Shown: positions 12,189 through 21,965, numbered from the stretch's first letter. The stretch is DNA of 64,000 bases from Porticoccaceae bacterium (GCA_050179115.1 JBFXFL010000008.1:4060-68059); one strand, 5' to 3'. Translations and numbers: made by a program. Notes: generated from the sequence alone by a model not told the origin.

Positions 12189-12863
12189 TCACCCCGACCT
12201 GCCTCGCCTGGTATCCTGTTTCGCCACGCGCCGATCCCGGCGGCGCGCCATTCGCGTGTTCAGTGCTTCGCGCTGACGCCGCATGATCTCGCGGGCGTGG
12301 AACAAAGTCGGCACGTCATGGTGACGCCGGCTCAGGATGATGGTGATGATGACCTCCTCGATAGCCACCCAGATATGAAACAGCACCACCACGCGAAACA
12401 GCCAGGCCACGTCGTAGAGCACCAGTAAATAGTAGGCCGGCGCCATCAGGATCGCCGAAAGTTTCGCGGCCCAGGTGTGATAACGGGGCAGCTCGCGAAA
12501 TTTCAGCAGGCTGGTGAGGGTAGGAATCAGATAAAACCCGAGCGCCAGATACAGAAACCAGGCCTCGCGCGCAAACACGGCGGGCCACAGCCACATCAGT
12601 CCAAAAACCATGGCGGCGTAGGTACTGAGGTCGCCCCAACTGTCCAGCCTGGCACCCAGCGGCGTCGCCAGGTCGAGGCGGCGCGCGAGATGGCCGTCCA
12701 GCGCATCGGTCACCAGTGCCAGCGCCAGCAGCCAGAGGAAAGGTTCCGCCAGCCCGCGATGGGCACACCACAGCAAGACCGGCGCAAGCAGCAAACGCAG
12801 CACGCTCAACGCATTGGGGAGGTTGAGGTTGCTGGCGACCGCGGGCGTCCGCGTCACTGCCAC
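12189..12863 (-). CDS. CDP-alcohol phosphatidyltransferase family protein
   Basis: Exact family motif DGHLARRLDLATPLGARLDSWGD (DGx2ARx8Gx3Dx3D), multi-TM. Start uncertain: GTG 12863 follows GGGAAGGG and avoids overlap with rlmB. The longest ORF starts at ATG 12956, 74 nt inside rlmB. Confidence 0.75.
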   Translation of the reverse strand: MAVTRTPAVASNLNLPNALSVLRLLLAPVLLWCAHRGLAEPFLWLLALALVTDALDGHLARRLDLATPLGARLDSWGDLSTYAAMVFGLMWLWPAVFAREAWFLYLALGFYLIPTLTSLLKFRELPRYHTWAAKLSAILMAPAYYLLVLYDVAWLFRVVVLFHIWVAIEEVIITIILSRRHHDVPTLFHAREIMRRQREALNTRMARRRDRRVAKQDTRRGRSG

Positions 12864-12882
12864 GCCCTTCCCGGCAGGATAC

Positions 12883-13653
12883 TCATGAGGGCGTCGTGCC
12901 GGCACGCCGCTGCCGGACCGCCTCGAACAGACAGATCCCCGTGGCGACGGCGACATTCAGGCTCTCGACGCTACCCGCCATGGGAAGCTTTACCAGCAGA
13001 TCACAGCAGTCGCGGGTCAGACGGCGCAGGCCGGTGTCTTCCGCACCCATGACCAGCGCCGTGCGGCCGCGCAAATCGGCGTCATACAGCGACGACTCGG
13101 CATCGCCACAGGTTCCAACCAGCCAGACGCCCGCTTCCTGCAAGCCCCGCAGGGTGCGCGCCAGGTTGGTCACCACCACATAGGGCACGCTGGCGGCGGC
13201 ACCGCTGGCCACCTTCTGTACCGTTGCGGTGATACCCACCGCACGATCCCGGGGCGCAATCACGGCGGCAACGCCGGCCGCATCGGCGGCGCGCAGACAA
13301 GCACCGAGGTTGTGGGGGTCGGTGATTCCGTCGAGCACCAGGAGCAGCAGTTCGGCGCGATCCTCGATCAAAGCGGCCAGAAAGCTTTCGTCGTGCAGCG
13401 CCCCTGCGGTGCAAAACGCCGCCACCCCCTGGTGACGTCCATCGGCCAGACGATCCAGCTCATCGCGCTCGGCCCACTGCCATGCCACGCCCTGCTGCTC
13501 CGCCAGGTACCGAACTTTTTCCAGCCGCTGATCGCGACGATGGCGTTGCAGCCGGATCTCGCGCACCCGACCGGCATCGGTTTTCAACAGCCCCATCACG
13601 GCATGGACACCGTAAACCCAATCACACTCAGCACCGCCCGCCATACCGTCCAC
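12883..13653 (-). CDS. rlmB: 23S rRNA (guanosine-2'-O-)-methyltransferase RlmB (SpoU family)
   Basis: Collinear with E. coli RlmB: VYGVHAV, LLLVLDGITDPHNLGACLR, LVMGAEDTGLRRLT, PMAGSVESLNVAVATGICLFEA. Confidence 0.9.
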   Translation of the reverse strand: MDGMAGGAECDWVYGVHAVMGLLKTDAGRVREIRLQRHRRDQRLEKVRYLAEQQGVAWQWAERDELDRLADGRHQGVAAFCTAGALHDESFLAALIEDRAELLLLVLDGITDPHNLGACLRAADAAGVAAVIAPRDRAVGITATVQKVASGAAASVPYVVVTNLARTLRGLQEAGVWLVGTCGDAESSLYDADLRGRTALVMGAEDTGLRRLTRDCCDLLVKLPMAGSVESLNVAVATGICLFEAVRQRRAGTTPS

Positions 13654-13700
13654 TCACTGCTTGATGCGCCGGGATTCTACCCCGCTTACCGGCGCGGGCT

Positions 13701-14915
13701 TCACACCGGCGCAGGCACCGGCAAGCGCGCGATGAAATCGGAGCTCAGACTGCCCAGGTACAGATGGCCTTCGTGCTCCAGCACGCTGGTCACCATGCCG
13801 ATGTCGCCACCATAGGCATCCATGAAGTGGGTGATATTGCCATTCATGTCCACGCCCACAAACAAGCCATAAGTGGGCAGATGCAGACCCTCGAAAAAAT
13901 CCGGAACCGGGGCCAGGAACCGCGGCAGGCGCATCATCAGCTTCTTCAAAAAGGGCTGCGGCGCCAGTGCTTCCAGGTGTGGGTAGCGGGGGAACGCCAG
14001 TGCCACCCAGTAGGTGTCCTTGCCGTTGAAGGTGATGTTGTCCGGCCCGCCGGGGAGATTGCTCACGAAGGTGTCGCGCTGTCCCGCCTTCGGTCCCTTG
14101 AGCCACAGCCGGGTAACGCAAAAACCGAGGGTTTCGTTAACCAGCACATAGTCGTCGTTCGGTCCCATCGCAACGCCATTGGCAAGGCGCAGGTTGTCGA
14201 GGGCAACGTGGCTGCTCCGGGTGGCCGGGTCGTAGCACACCAGCACCCCGGTAGGGTTGTCTTCCATGAGCGCGTAGCCGGCCTGGGCCATGTTGAATTT
14301 GGTGGAGATATCGCTGAAGTAGATCTTGCCGTCCGCGGCGATGGCGAGGTCGTCGGCGACATTGTATTTGCGGCCGTCCACCGCGCTGCTCAGCACCGAT
14401 ACCTCGCCCGCGGGGGTAACACAGACGAGACCCTGCTCGGCGTCGCAGGTGATCAGGTTGCCTGCGGCATCGAATTTCAACCCGAGCGGATGACCGCCGG
14501 TGTTGGCGAGCACCTCGGGGTTGTCCTCCCCGTCGATTTTCATGCGCACGAGATCGCCGTTGGTCAGTCCTGTATAGAGGTAACCATCCTTGATCGCGGT
14601 TGCCTCGGGCCCGGCGAGTTTGCCGCGCCAGAGCTTTTCGGCGCTCGCCAGGGAGTTCTTGCGCTCGAAGCGGCCCTCATAGGGTGGAGCCTTGGGCGGG
14701 TTCCAGCCCTGGGGATCAATGGGTATCGGCCAGTACAACAGGTAGGCAACAAACAGGATGATGGCAATGACGATCAATATTCCCACAGTAGTTCTCCACG
14801 GCTGCTTTATTGTTATTCGGTCTGCACGGCGGTGCCGTGCGACCGGCCGGTCGACTATACGCCGCACACCTTGTGGATCAAACACCTTGTCCCGACGCCA
14901 GCCACCCAGCGCCAT
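13701..14915 (-). CDS. Membrane-anchored strictosidine-synthase-like / SMP-30 six-bladed beta-propeller protein
   Basis: ATG 14915 lies 22 nt after the rnr stop, with GGGGA upstream. One N-terminal TM helix (VGILIVIAIILFVAYLLYW), then Str_synth-like repeats (ADDLAIAADGKIYFSD, LANGVAM, RLWLKGPKAG). Confidence 0.7.
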   Translation of the reverse strand: MALGGWRRDKVFDPQGVRRIVDRPVARHRRADRITIKQPWRTTVGILIVIAIILFVAYLLYWPIPIDPQGWNPPKAPPYEGRFERKNSLASAEKLWRGKLAGPEATAIKDGYLYTGLTNGDLVRMKIDGEDNPEVLANTGGHPLGLKFDAAGNLITCDAEQGLVCVTPAGEVSVLSSAVDGRKYNVADDLAIAADGKIYFSDISTKFNMAQAGYALMEDNPTGVLVCYDPATRSSHVALDNLRLANGVAMGPNDDYVLVNETLGFCVTRLWLKGPKAGQRDTFVSNLPGGPDNITFNGKDTYWVALAFPRYPHLEALAPQPFLKKLMMRLPRFLAPVPDFFEGLHLPTYGLFVGVDMNGNITHFMDAYGGDIGMVTSVLEHEGHLYLGSLSSDFIARLPVPAPV

Positions 14916-14937
14916 GGATCCCCGTGATACATGCGGA

Positions 14938-17391
14938 TCAGCGCCGACGCCGTCCGGGTCGCCGCGCGCCCGCGGCCGGCGTGTCATCGGGCGGCTTCGT
15001 GTCACCGCGTCCGCCGCGCGCCGGCTTCGCGGCTGCCGCCGCCGGTTGCCTGGACTTTCCCTTGCGCCCGCCTTTGCGACGCTGCTCCTCCGTGTGCTGA
15101 GCCGCGAGTTTGCGCGCCGTCGGGGATACTTCCGGCTCCCGCCCCGGGCGGCGCCCGACGCCATCGACCAGATCGAAATCGACCTTGCGTTCGTCCAGAT
15201 TTACCCGCGCTACCCGGACCCGCAGCCGGTCGCCCAGCCGGAACACCCGCCGGGTACGCTCACCGACCAGGCGGTGGTGCGCAGGCTCGTGGTGGTAGTA
15301 ATCCTTGGGCAGGCCGGTGATATGGATCAGCCCCTCGACATAGAGCTCTTCCAGCTCCACAAACAGGCCGAAGCTGGTGACGCCCACCACCACACCGGCA
15401 AATTCATCGGCGACGTGTTCGAGCAGGTACTCGCACTTGAGCCAATGCACCACACTGCGCGTCGCGTCGTCGGCGCGGCGCTCGGTCATCGAGCATTGTG
15501 CGCCCGCCTCGTCCATGGCTGCCGCATCGTAGGGATAGCCTTGCGGCAATGGCACCTTGGGTGCGTCCGCATGCCGGCGCAGTTGCTTGTTGCGGCCCTT
15601 GCTCCACAGCAGCGCGCGGATCGCGCGGTGCACCAGGAGATCGGGATAACGGCGAATCGGCGAGGTGAAATGGGTGTAGGCGGGATAATGCAAACCGAAA
15701 TGCCCGATGTTTTCCGGCTGATAGCGCGCCTGCCGCATTGAGCGCAGCATCACCGACTGGATGATCGAGGCATCGGGGCGGCCCGCGACCTTCTTGAGCA
15801 CCGCCTGAAAATCGTCCGGCGTGGGCTCATCGCCACCCGGCAGACCCAGGCCCAGCTCGCCGAGAAACTCCCGCAGATTGGCGAGCTTCTCCGCCTGGGG
15901 TCCATCGTGGACCCGATACAGCACCGGCAGCTTGCTCTTCTCCAGGAGCTGCGCCGTGCACACATTGGCGCACAGCATGCATTCCTCGATCAGGCGGTGC
16001 GCTTCGGTGCGTTCGGCCGGCACGATGCGTTCGATCTTGCGCTCCGCATCGAACAGAATGCGGGTCTCGCCGGATTCGAAGTCGATGGCCCCGCGGCGCT
16101 CGCGCGCCTCGCGCAGGGCCTGATAGAGGCGATGCAGTTCGTCAATGCGGGGCAGAATGGCGTGGAACTGGCTGCACACGCCGCTCTCGGGATCGTCCTT
16201 CTGGGCGATCATGGCGGCTACCTGGGTGTAGGTCAGCCGCGCTCGGGAATGCATTACGGCTTCGTAAAACTCGAAGCGCTTGACCACGCCTTTCCGGTCG
16301 ATGCGCATCTCGCACACCATGCACAGGCGATCCACCTCCGGATTCAGCGAGCACAGTCCGTTGGAAAGCTGCTCCGGCAGCATCGGCACCACATGCCCGG
16401 GGAAATAGACCGAATTGCCGCGCTGGTAGGCTTCGCGATCCAGCGCCGATCCCGCCGGCACATAGTGGGCGACGTCGGCGATCGCCACCAGCAGGCGCCA
16501 GCCGCCGAACCTGAGGCGCTCGCAATAGACGGCATCGTCGAAGTCCCGGGCGTCCTCGCCATCGATGGTGACCAGCGCCAGCTCGCGCAGATCGACCCGC
16601 CCCCGCAAATCGGCGCGTTCCACCCGCTCCGGCAACTTGCCGACCTGGGCGGCGACCGCCTCCGGCCAGGCCTGGGGCAAACCGAAGTTGTGGATCGCCA
16701 CTTCGATTTCCATGCCCGGCGCCAGATGATCGCCGAGCACCCGTGAAATGCGGCCCGCGGGCTGACCCTCGCGGGACGGCTGCCGGGTAATTTCCACCAG
16801 CACCATCTGACCGGCCCGGGCACCGCCGGTGCCGCCCGGCGTGATCAACACGTCCTGACTGATCCCGGGATTGTCCGGCCGCACGAAATGGATGCCGCCC
16901 TCGGTGAAATAACGCCCCACCAGTTCCCGTGTGCCGTGTTCCAGCACCTCCACGATGGAACCTTCGGGACGACCGCGACGGTCGAAGCCCGAAATCCGCA
17001 CCAGCACCTGATCGCCCGCCAGCACCCGCCGCATCTGGCGGCTGGACAGAAAGATATCCGCCTGACCGCCGCCAGCCACCACGAAACCATAGCCCTCGGG
17101 GTGACCCGTGACGCGGCCCTTGATCAGGTTCATCTTGTCCAGCGCGCCATAGCCGCCGGAGCGGTTCTCGACGATCTGCCCATCGCGAACCATGGCACCC
17201 AGACGGCGGCGCAGTGCCTCGATCTGCTCGTCGTCCCTGAGGCCGAGTTCGCGGCTCAACTCAGCCTGGTTGAGCGGCCCCACACTGTCCGCCAAGAGCT
17301 GCAGGATGTATTCGCGGCTGGGAATGGGCTTTTCGTAGCGCGCCGCTTCCCGCTCCGCCTGAGGGTCATTCTTGAGGTGTTTGTTCCGCAT
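14938..17391 (-). CDS. rnr: Ribonuclease R
   Basis: 817 aa with cold-shock/OB N-terminus, RNB domain (TIDGEDARDFDDAV, HFGL..YTHFTSPIRRYPDL), S1 domain and a Lys/Arg-rich tail. Confidence 0.92.
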   Translation of the reverse strand: MRNKHLKNDPQAEREAARYEKPIPSREYILQLLADSVGPLNQAELSRELGLRDDEQIEALRRRLGAMVRDGQIVENRSGGYGALDKMNLIKGRVTGHPEGYGFVVAGGGQADIFLSSRQMRRVLAGDQVLVRISGFDRRGRPEGSIVEVLEHGTRELVGRYFTEGGIHFVRPDNPGISQDVLITPGGTGGARAGQMVLVEITRQPSREGQPAGRISRVLGDHLAPGMEIEVAIHNFGLPQAWPEAVAAQVGKLPERVERADLRGRVDLRELALVTIDGEDARDFDDAVYCERLRFGGWRLLVAIADVAHYVPAGSALDREAYQRGNSVYFPGHVVPMLPEQLSNGLCSLNPEVDRLCMVCEMRIDRKGVVKRFEFYEAVMHSRARLTYTQVAAMIAQKDDPESGVCSQFHAILPRIDELHRLYQALREARERRGAIDFESGETRILFDAERKIERIVPAERTEAHRLIEECMLCANVCTAQLLEKSKLPVLYRVHDGPQAEKLANLREFLGELGLGLPGGDEPTPDDFQAVLKKVAGRPDASIIQSVMLRSMRQARYQPENIGHFGLHYPAYTHFTSPIRRYPDLLVHRAIRALLWSKGRNKQLRRHADAPKVPLPQGYPYDAAAMDEAGAQCSMTERRADDATRSVVHWLKCEYLLEHVADEFAGVVVGVTSFGLFVELEELYVEGLIHITGLPKDYYHHEPAHHRLVGERTRRVFRLGDRLRVRVARVNLDERKVDFDLVDGVGRRPGREPEVSPTARKLAAQHTEEQRRKGGRKGKSRQPAAAAAKPARGGRGDTKPPDDTPAAGARRPGRRRR

Positions 17392-17546
17392 AGGTCAGAT
17401 CATGGCTCATTGATTCGGCGCAGACACCCGCGCCGGAAGGTTCCGGTCACCGGCCTGCTCCACGGCAGTATGACGGATTGACAAGGTTGAGGGCGATACG
17501 TAGAGTGCTGCTCCCGCGCCGGCGTCCAACATTGGACTCGGTTCGC

Positions 17547-17633
17547 GCCCAGGTGGTGAAATTGGTAGACACGCTAGCTTCAGGTGCTAGTGGCCTTACG
17601 GTCGTGGAGGTTCAAGTCCTCTCCTGGGCACCA
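17547..17633 (+). tRNA. tRNA-Leu (anticodon CAG)
   Basis: 87-nt class II tRNA. Acceptor GCCCAGG/CCTGGGC, anticodon stem CTAGC/GCTAG with loop TTCAGGT, long variable arm, T-arm GGAGGTTCAAGTCCTCT, encoded CCA. Confidence 0.9.
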
Positions 17634-17684
17634 TCGCAATCCCCTCCCGGCAATCTCCACAGTCTGACATCGGCGCGCCAAGCG

Positions 17685-17706
17685 TCAACGAAAACAGCTT
17701 CGTTGA
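17685..17706 (+). terminator. Hairpin downstream of tRNA-Leu(CAG)
   Basis: Perfect 8-bp stem TCAACGAA / TTCGTTGA with a 6-nt loop, ~50 nt after the tRNA 3' end. Confidence 0.35.
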
Positions 17707-17747
17707 TATCGCTCAGATAACGAGGTTTTCACCCGTGGCACGTGCAT

Positions 17748-17777
17748 TAGGCAATGCCTAGACTTGCCGACTATACT
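17748..17777 (+). promoter_or_regulatory. Candidate promoter with a palindromic operator upstream of the first BVMO
   Basis: TAGGCA (17748-17753), 18-nt spacer, TATACT (17772-17777). The -35 is the left arm of the perfect palindrome TAGGCA-A-TGCCTA (17748-17760). Confidence 0.35.
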
Positions 17778-17911
17778 TGAAACCAGCATTCATTCGCGCG
17801 TCTCCGTACGAAACCTGCGCGTCTTCCCCCGCAGCGATTCACGGTTGGCCCGATACTCGACTTTCAACAATCATCAGCGATCCACAACCACTACCCATCG
17901 AGGTTATTACC

Positions 17912-19699
17912 ATGGCAGAAGCCAAAGCAGTGAGCAAAATAGCCAAGGGCGAGAATGTCGCCCGCCTGAGCGCCTTCGACCCCAACTACAAGAGTGACAA
18001 GCCGCAGTCGTACTACGACGAAATCAAGCGGAAGTTCGCCGAGGAGCGCGATCTGCGGCTGAATTACCGGCCCGAGGGCACCGCCCAGTACACCTCCGAC
18101 CTGGACGGTGACCTGGCGCATTTCGGCGACGATCCGTACGGCGGCAACTTCACGCCGCGCGAAGCACTCAACGACACCGTCGAGGTGCTGTTCACCGGCG
18201 GCGGCTTTTCCGCGCTGCTGTCCATCGCCCGCCTGCGCGAATACGGTGTCAAGAGCATCCGCATCGTCGAGCGCGGAGCCGATGTCGGCGGCACCTGGTA
18301 CTGGAACCGCTACCCGGGCGCCGCCTGTGACGTGCCCTCGTACGACTATCTGCCGTTGCTTGAAGAGCTGGATTACGTACCCAGCCGCCGCTATGCGCGG
18401 GCCCCCGAGATCTACGAACACTGCCGACGCATCGCCAAGCATTACGATATCTACGACCTCGCGGTGTTCCAGACCACCGTCACCTCCACGGTGTGGAACG
18501 AAGAGGAAAAAATGTGGCATGTGAAGACCGATCGCGGTGACCACATGCGGGCGCGTTTCGTGGTCTGCGCCAATGGGCCCATGGCCAAGCCCAAGCTGTC
18601 GAAAATCAAAGGTATCCCGAGTTTCAAGGGAAAGTCCTTCCATAGCTCGCGCTGGGATTACGACTACACCGGCGAAAATCTGGAAAAGCTGAAAGGCAAG
18701 CGGGTCGCCATCATCGGCACTGGCGCCACCGCGGTGCAGGTGATCCCCGAAGTCGCCAAGACCGCCAAGGAACTCTATGTGTTCCAGCGCACGCCCTCAT
18801 GCATCGACATCCGCAACGACTGGGCCACCGATCCCAACTGGGCGCGCAAACTGAAACCGGGCTGGCAGGCCGCGCGCCGCCAACGTGCCATCGAAGGCTC
18901 CGATCCGCATGCACCCAAAACCGCGGTGCGCGCCGAGATCCCGCCCGAGGAGAAAGTCCGCCGTCAGGAAAACGCCAATATCGACTACGTCATGTGGCTG
19001 CACAGCCGCATCGATGAAATCGTCGAGGACAAGGAGACGGCGGAATCCCTCAAGCCCTGGTACATGTTCATGTGCAAGCGGCCCACCTTCCACGACGAGT
19101 TCCTGCCCACGTTCAACCAGCCCAATGTGCATCTGGTGGACACCCGTGGCAAGGGCGTCACCGAGATCACCGAATTGGGCCCGGTCGCCAACGGAAAGCA
19201 GTACGAGGTGGACCTGATCGTCTATGCCACCGGCTTCGAGGTGCAGAAAACCGGCATCTACAACCAGATCATCGGTCGCAACGGCCTCGAGCTGAACGAA
19301 AAATACAAGGACGGTATCCGCACCCTGCTGGGCATTCACTCCCACGGCTACCCCAACCTGTTCATCATGGCCGGGTACCAGGCGTCGTTTCAGTTCAACA
19401 TCACCGACGTGCTCCAGGTGCAGGGCGACCATATCGCCGCCTGCATCAAGTACACCCGGGAACACGGCTACAGCACCATCGATATCACCCCCGAAATCGA
19501 GGAGTGGTGGGTACAGGAAGTGATCAACTATCGCGGCAAGACCGACCGCAACAAGGAGTGCACGCCGGGCTATTACAATTTCGAGGGCGAATTCAACCGG
19601 CGCCAGGACGGTACCTATAACGGCGGCTTCAAACGCTATATCGAGAAGGCCAAGGAAGTGCAGGGCGATATGGAGAAGGACTTCCTGTTCGAGAAATAA
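17912..19699 (+). CDS. Type I Baeyer-Villiger monooxygenase (FAD/NADPH-dependent), long N-terminal extension
   Basis: ATG 17912 follows GAGG. 595 aa with dinucleotide folds TGGGFSA and GTGATAVQ, and the BVMO fingerprint FxGxxxHxxxW[PD] present as FKGKSFHSSRWD (18623-18658). Also ATGFE near the C-terminus. Confidence 0.85.
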   Translation: MAEAKAVSKIAKGENVARLSAFDPNYKSDKPQSYYDEIKRKFAEERDLRLNYRPEGTAQYTSDLDGDLAHFGDDPYGGNFTPREALNDTVEVLFTGGGFSALLSIARLREYGVKSIRIVERGADVGGTWYWNRYPGAACDVPSYDYLPLLEELDYVPSRRYARAPEIYEHCRRIAKHYDIYDLAVFQTTVTSTVWNEEEKMWHVKTDRGDHMRARFVVCANGPMAKPKLSKIKGIPSFKGKSFHSSRWDYDYTGENLEKLKGKRVAIIGTGATAVQVIPEVAKTAKELYVFQRTPSCIDIRNDWATDPNWARKLKPGWQAARRQRAIEGSDPHAPKTAVRAEIPPEEKVRRQENANIDYVMWLHSRIDEIVEDKETAESLKPWYMFMCKRPTFHDEFLPTFNQPNVHLVDTRGKGVTEITELGPVANGKQYEVDLIVYATGFEVQKTGIYNQIIGRNGLELNEKYKDGIRTLLGIHSHGYPNLFIMAGYQASFQFNITDVLQVQGDHIAACIKYTREHGYSTIDITPEIEEWWVQEVINYRGKTDRNKECTPGYYNFEGEFNRRQDGTYNGGFKRYIEKAKEVQGDMEKDFLFEK

Positions 19700-19729
19700 G
19701 CGCTTCGCACCGAACGGCAAACCCAAACG

Positions 19730-19768
19730 AGGCCCCGCAGCGTAAGGCGCCGCGGGGCCTTGCCTTTC
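19730..19768 (+). terminator. Rho-independent-type terminator after the first BVMO
   Basis: AGGCCCCGC ... GCGGGGCCT, a 9-bp GC-rich stem (19730-19760), followed by TTGCCTTTCG. Confidence 0.55.
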
Positions 19769-19867
19769 GTGCCGAAGACTTGGTCGTAAAATTGCCCGTG
19801 GCGGCCTTGCCTCCCGGGCCGACCCGAGCGACCGGTCCGCGGGTGCGCTGCCGGGCGCCGTTACCCG

Positions 19868-20068
19868 TCAGGGACGGGGCTCGAACACCAGCGTGTCTTC
19901 GTTGATGGTGACGTAGTATTTGTGGGCATGCGCCATTCGCCGTGCAATCGTTAGATACACCACCTTGTCATCCGGGTCGCAGGCGTTGCGAAACTCTTCC
20001 CGGGTGATGGTCCAGGATTTCCCTTCACCGAGCGCGTTCAGGGTGCGCTGCAAGTCGGCAGTCGACAT
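19868..20068 (-). CDS. Hypothetical small protein (66 aa)
   Basis: ATG 20068 is preceded at ~5 nt by GGGAGGA. I recognise no motif. It lies antisense between the two BVMO genes. Confidence 0.5.
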   Translation of the reverse strand: MSTADLQRTLNALGEGKSWTITREEFRNACDPDDKVVYLTIARRMAHAHKYYVTINEDTLVFEPRP

Positions 20069-20377
20069 GTTGTCCTCCCGCTATATGGATTATTTTGGGA
20101 CTTGGACGCTTGCGTGGTGCCCCCGGGAGCGCCAGGCAACACCTGCGCGCGAGCGACCGATGGCCCCGAAACTAGTTCAGTCCCACGGCGGGTGTCAAGA
20201 GACCGCGGTAAGTGGCGTTCGCGCAACATCTACCACTCGCGCCGGGAAACCACCTGCTCCGAGGGATGGTAAACTCACCGGTCATATAACTTTGCAATGC
20301 GGTACGACAAGCGGACCGGTTATAGTCCAAAATGTCCCCGTCACTCTTTTACTACCACTCTTGCCAAGAGGCCCTCT

Positions 20378-21922
20378 ATGACCGAAGCAGCGTTGAGCCA
20401 TGTGTTTGATTACCCCCCGCAAAGAACCAGGCGGGAGGTTGACTTCGAGACCGTCATCATCGGCGCCGGACTGTCGGGTATCGGTGCCGCCATTCGCCTG
20501 ATCCGGGAAGGACTGGGGGATTTCATCATCCTCGAGAAAGGCATCGACGCCGGCGGTACCTGGCAGGACAACACCTACCCCGGTCTGACCGTCGACATCC
20601 CCTCACTGAGTTATTCGTTTTCCTTCGAGCAGAACCCCTTCTGGTCAAGCCTGTACGCGCCCGGCCCGGAAATGAAAGCCTATGTGGATCACTGCGTGAC
20701 CAAATACGGTGTGCGCCCCCACATGCGCTACAACATGGAAGTGGCCGACGCCACCTACGACGAGCAGCGCAATGTCTGGGTAACCCGCACCAAGTCCGGC
20801 GAGACTTTCACCTCGCGTTACCTGGTGAGCGCAACCGGCTTCCTGACCATTCCGAAACTGCCCGTCATCGAGGGCATCGAGAAATTCAAGGGCAAGGTCA
20901 TGCACACCGGTCGCTGGGATCACTCCTACGATCTCACCGGCAAGCGCGTGGGTTTCATCGGCACGGGCGCCACCGGCATTCAGGCCGTACCCGAGATCGC
21001 CGACAAGGTGAAATCCATCGACGTGTATCAGCGCACGGCGATCTGGCTGTTGCCGAAAAAGGAAATACCCTTCAGCCCGCGCTGGCAGGCGGCGTTCGCG
21101 AAGGTGCCCGGCCTGCAACGGCTGGCGCGGCTCATGGTCATCTTCTTTACCGACATCATCATGATCAACCTGCTGGTGTTCAACAAGTACTTCGGCTTTG
21201 TCGGCAAGAAGCTGGAGCGCATCTGCATCAATCACATCCGCAACCAGGTCAAGGATCCCGCGACCCAGGAAGCCCTGATTCCCACTTACGATTTCGGCTG
21301 CAAGCGCCCGAGTTTCACCAGCAAGTTTTATCCGGTGTTCAACCGCGAGAACGCCTCCCTGGTCACCAACCCGATCGACCACATCACCGAAAACGCCATT
21401 GTCACCAAGGACGGCACGGTGCGCGAGATCGATACCCTGATCTGCGCGACCGGCTTCGAGGTGTTCCAGAAAGGCAGCGTGCCCACTTACAAGCTGGTGG
21501 GCAAGAACGGTCTCGACATCAGCGATTTCTGGGAAGAAAACCGCTATCAGGCATTTGAAGGTTCAACGGTGCCGAATTTCCCCAACTTCTTCCTGATGTT
21601 TGGTCCTTACAGCGTCTGCACCGCCTCCTGGTTTGGCATGATCGACACCCAGTCCAAGCACTTGGTGCGCTGCCTGAAAGCGGCCAAGAAACGCCACGCG
21701 AACTACATCGAGATCAAGAAATCGGCCAATGACGCCAATTTCCAGAAAGTTCAGTCGCGCACCAAACTAACCATCTTCAAGGCCGGCAACTGCGCGACCT
21801 CGAACAGTTATTATTTCGACCGCCACGGCGACAGCCCGACCATTCGCCCGACCCTGGGCTTCGTGCACTGGCTCACCAGCCGGTTCTTCAGCATGAACAA
21901 CTATATTTTCGATTCGAAATAG
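20378..21922 (+). CDS. Flavin-containing / Baeyer-Villiger monooxygenase, EthA/AlmA-like
   Basis: ATG 20378. 514 aa with GAGLSGIGAA FAD fold, GGTWQDNTYPG, BVMO fingerprint FKGKVMHTGRWD (20885-20920), GTGATGIQ NADPH fold, CATGFE, and an internal hydrophobic segment LARLMVIFFTDIIMINLLVF. Confidence 0.8.
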   Translation: MTEAALSHVFDYPPQRTRREVDFETVIIGAGLSGIGAAIRLIREGLGDFIILEKGIDAGGTWQDNTYPGLTVDIPSLSYSFSFEQNPFWSSLYAPGPEMKAYVDHCVTKYGVRPHMRYNMEVADATYDEQRNVWVTRTKSGETFTSRYLVSATGFLTIPKLPVIEGIEKFKGKVMHTGRWDHSYDLTGKRVGFIGTGATGIQAVPEIADKVKSIDVYQRTAIWLLPKKEIPFSPRWQAAFAKVPGLQRLARLMVIFFTDIIMINLLVFNKYFGFVGKKLERICINHIRNQVKDPATQEALIPTYDFGCKRPSFTSKFYPVFNRENASLVTNPIDHITENAIVTKDGTVREIDTLICATGFEVFQKGSVPTYKLVGKNGLDISDFWEENRYQAFEGSTVPNFPNFFLMFGPYSVCTASWFGMIDTQSKHLVRCLKAAKKRHANYIEIKKSANDANFQKVQSRTKLTIFKAGNCATSNSYYFDRHGDSPTIRPTLGFVHWLTSRFFSMNNYIFDSK

Positions 21923-21947
21923 CAACGAAAGTCGATAACGGCAGGGT

Positions 21948-21965
21948 CAACGCCACGAGGCGTTG
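21948..21965. terminator. Short hairpin between the convergent second BVMO and the 89-aa ORF
   Basis: CAACGCC (21948-21954) / GGCGTTG (21959-21965), 7-bp stem with a 4-nt loop. Confidence 0.35.
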
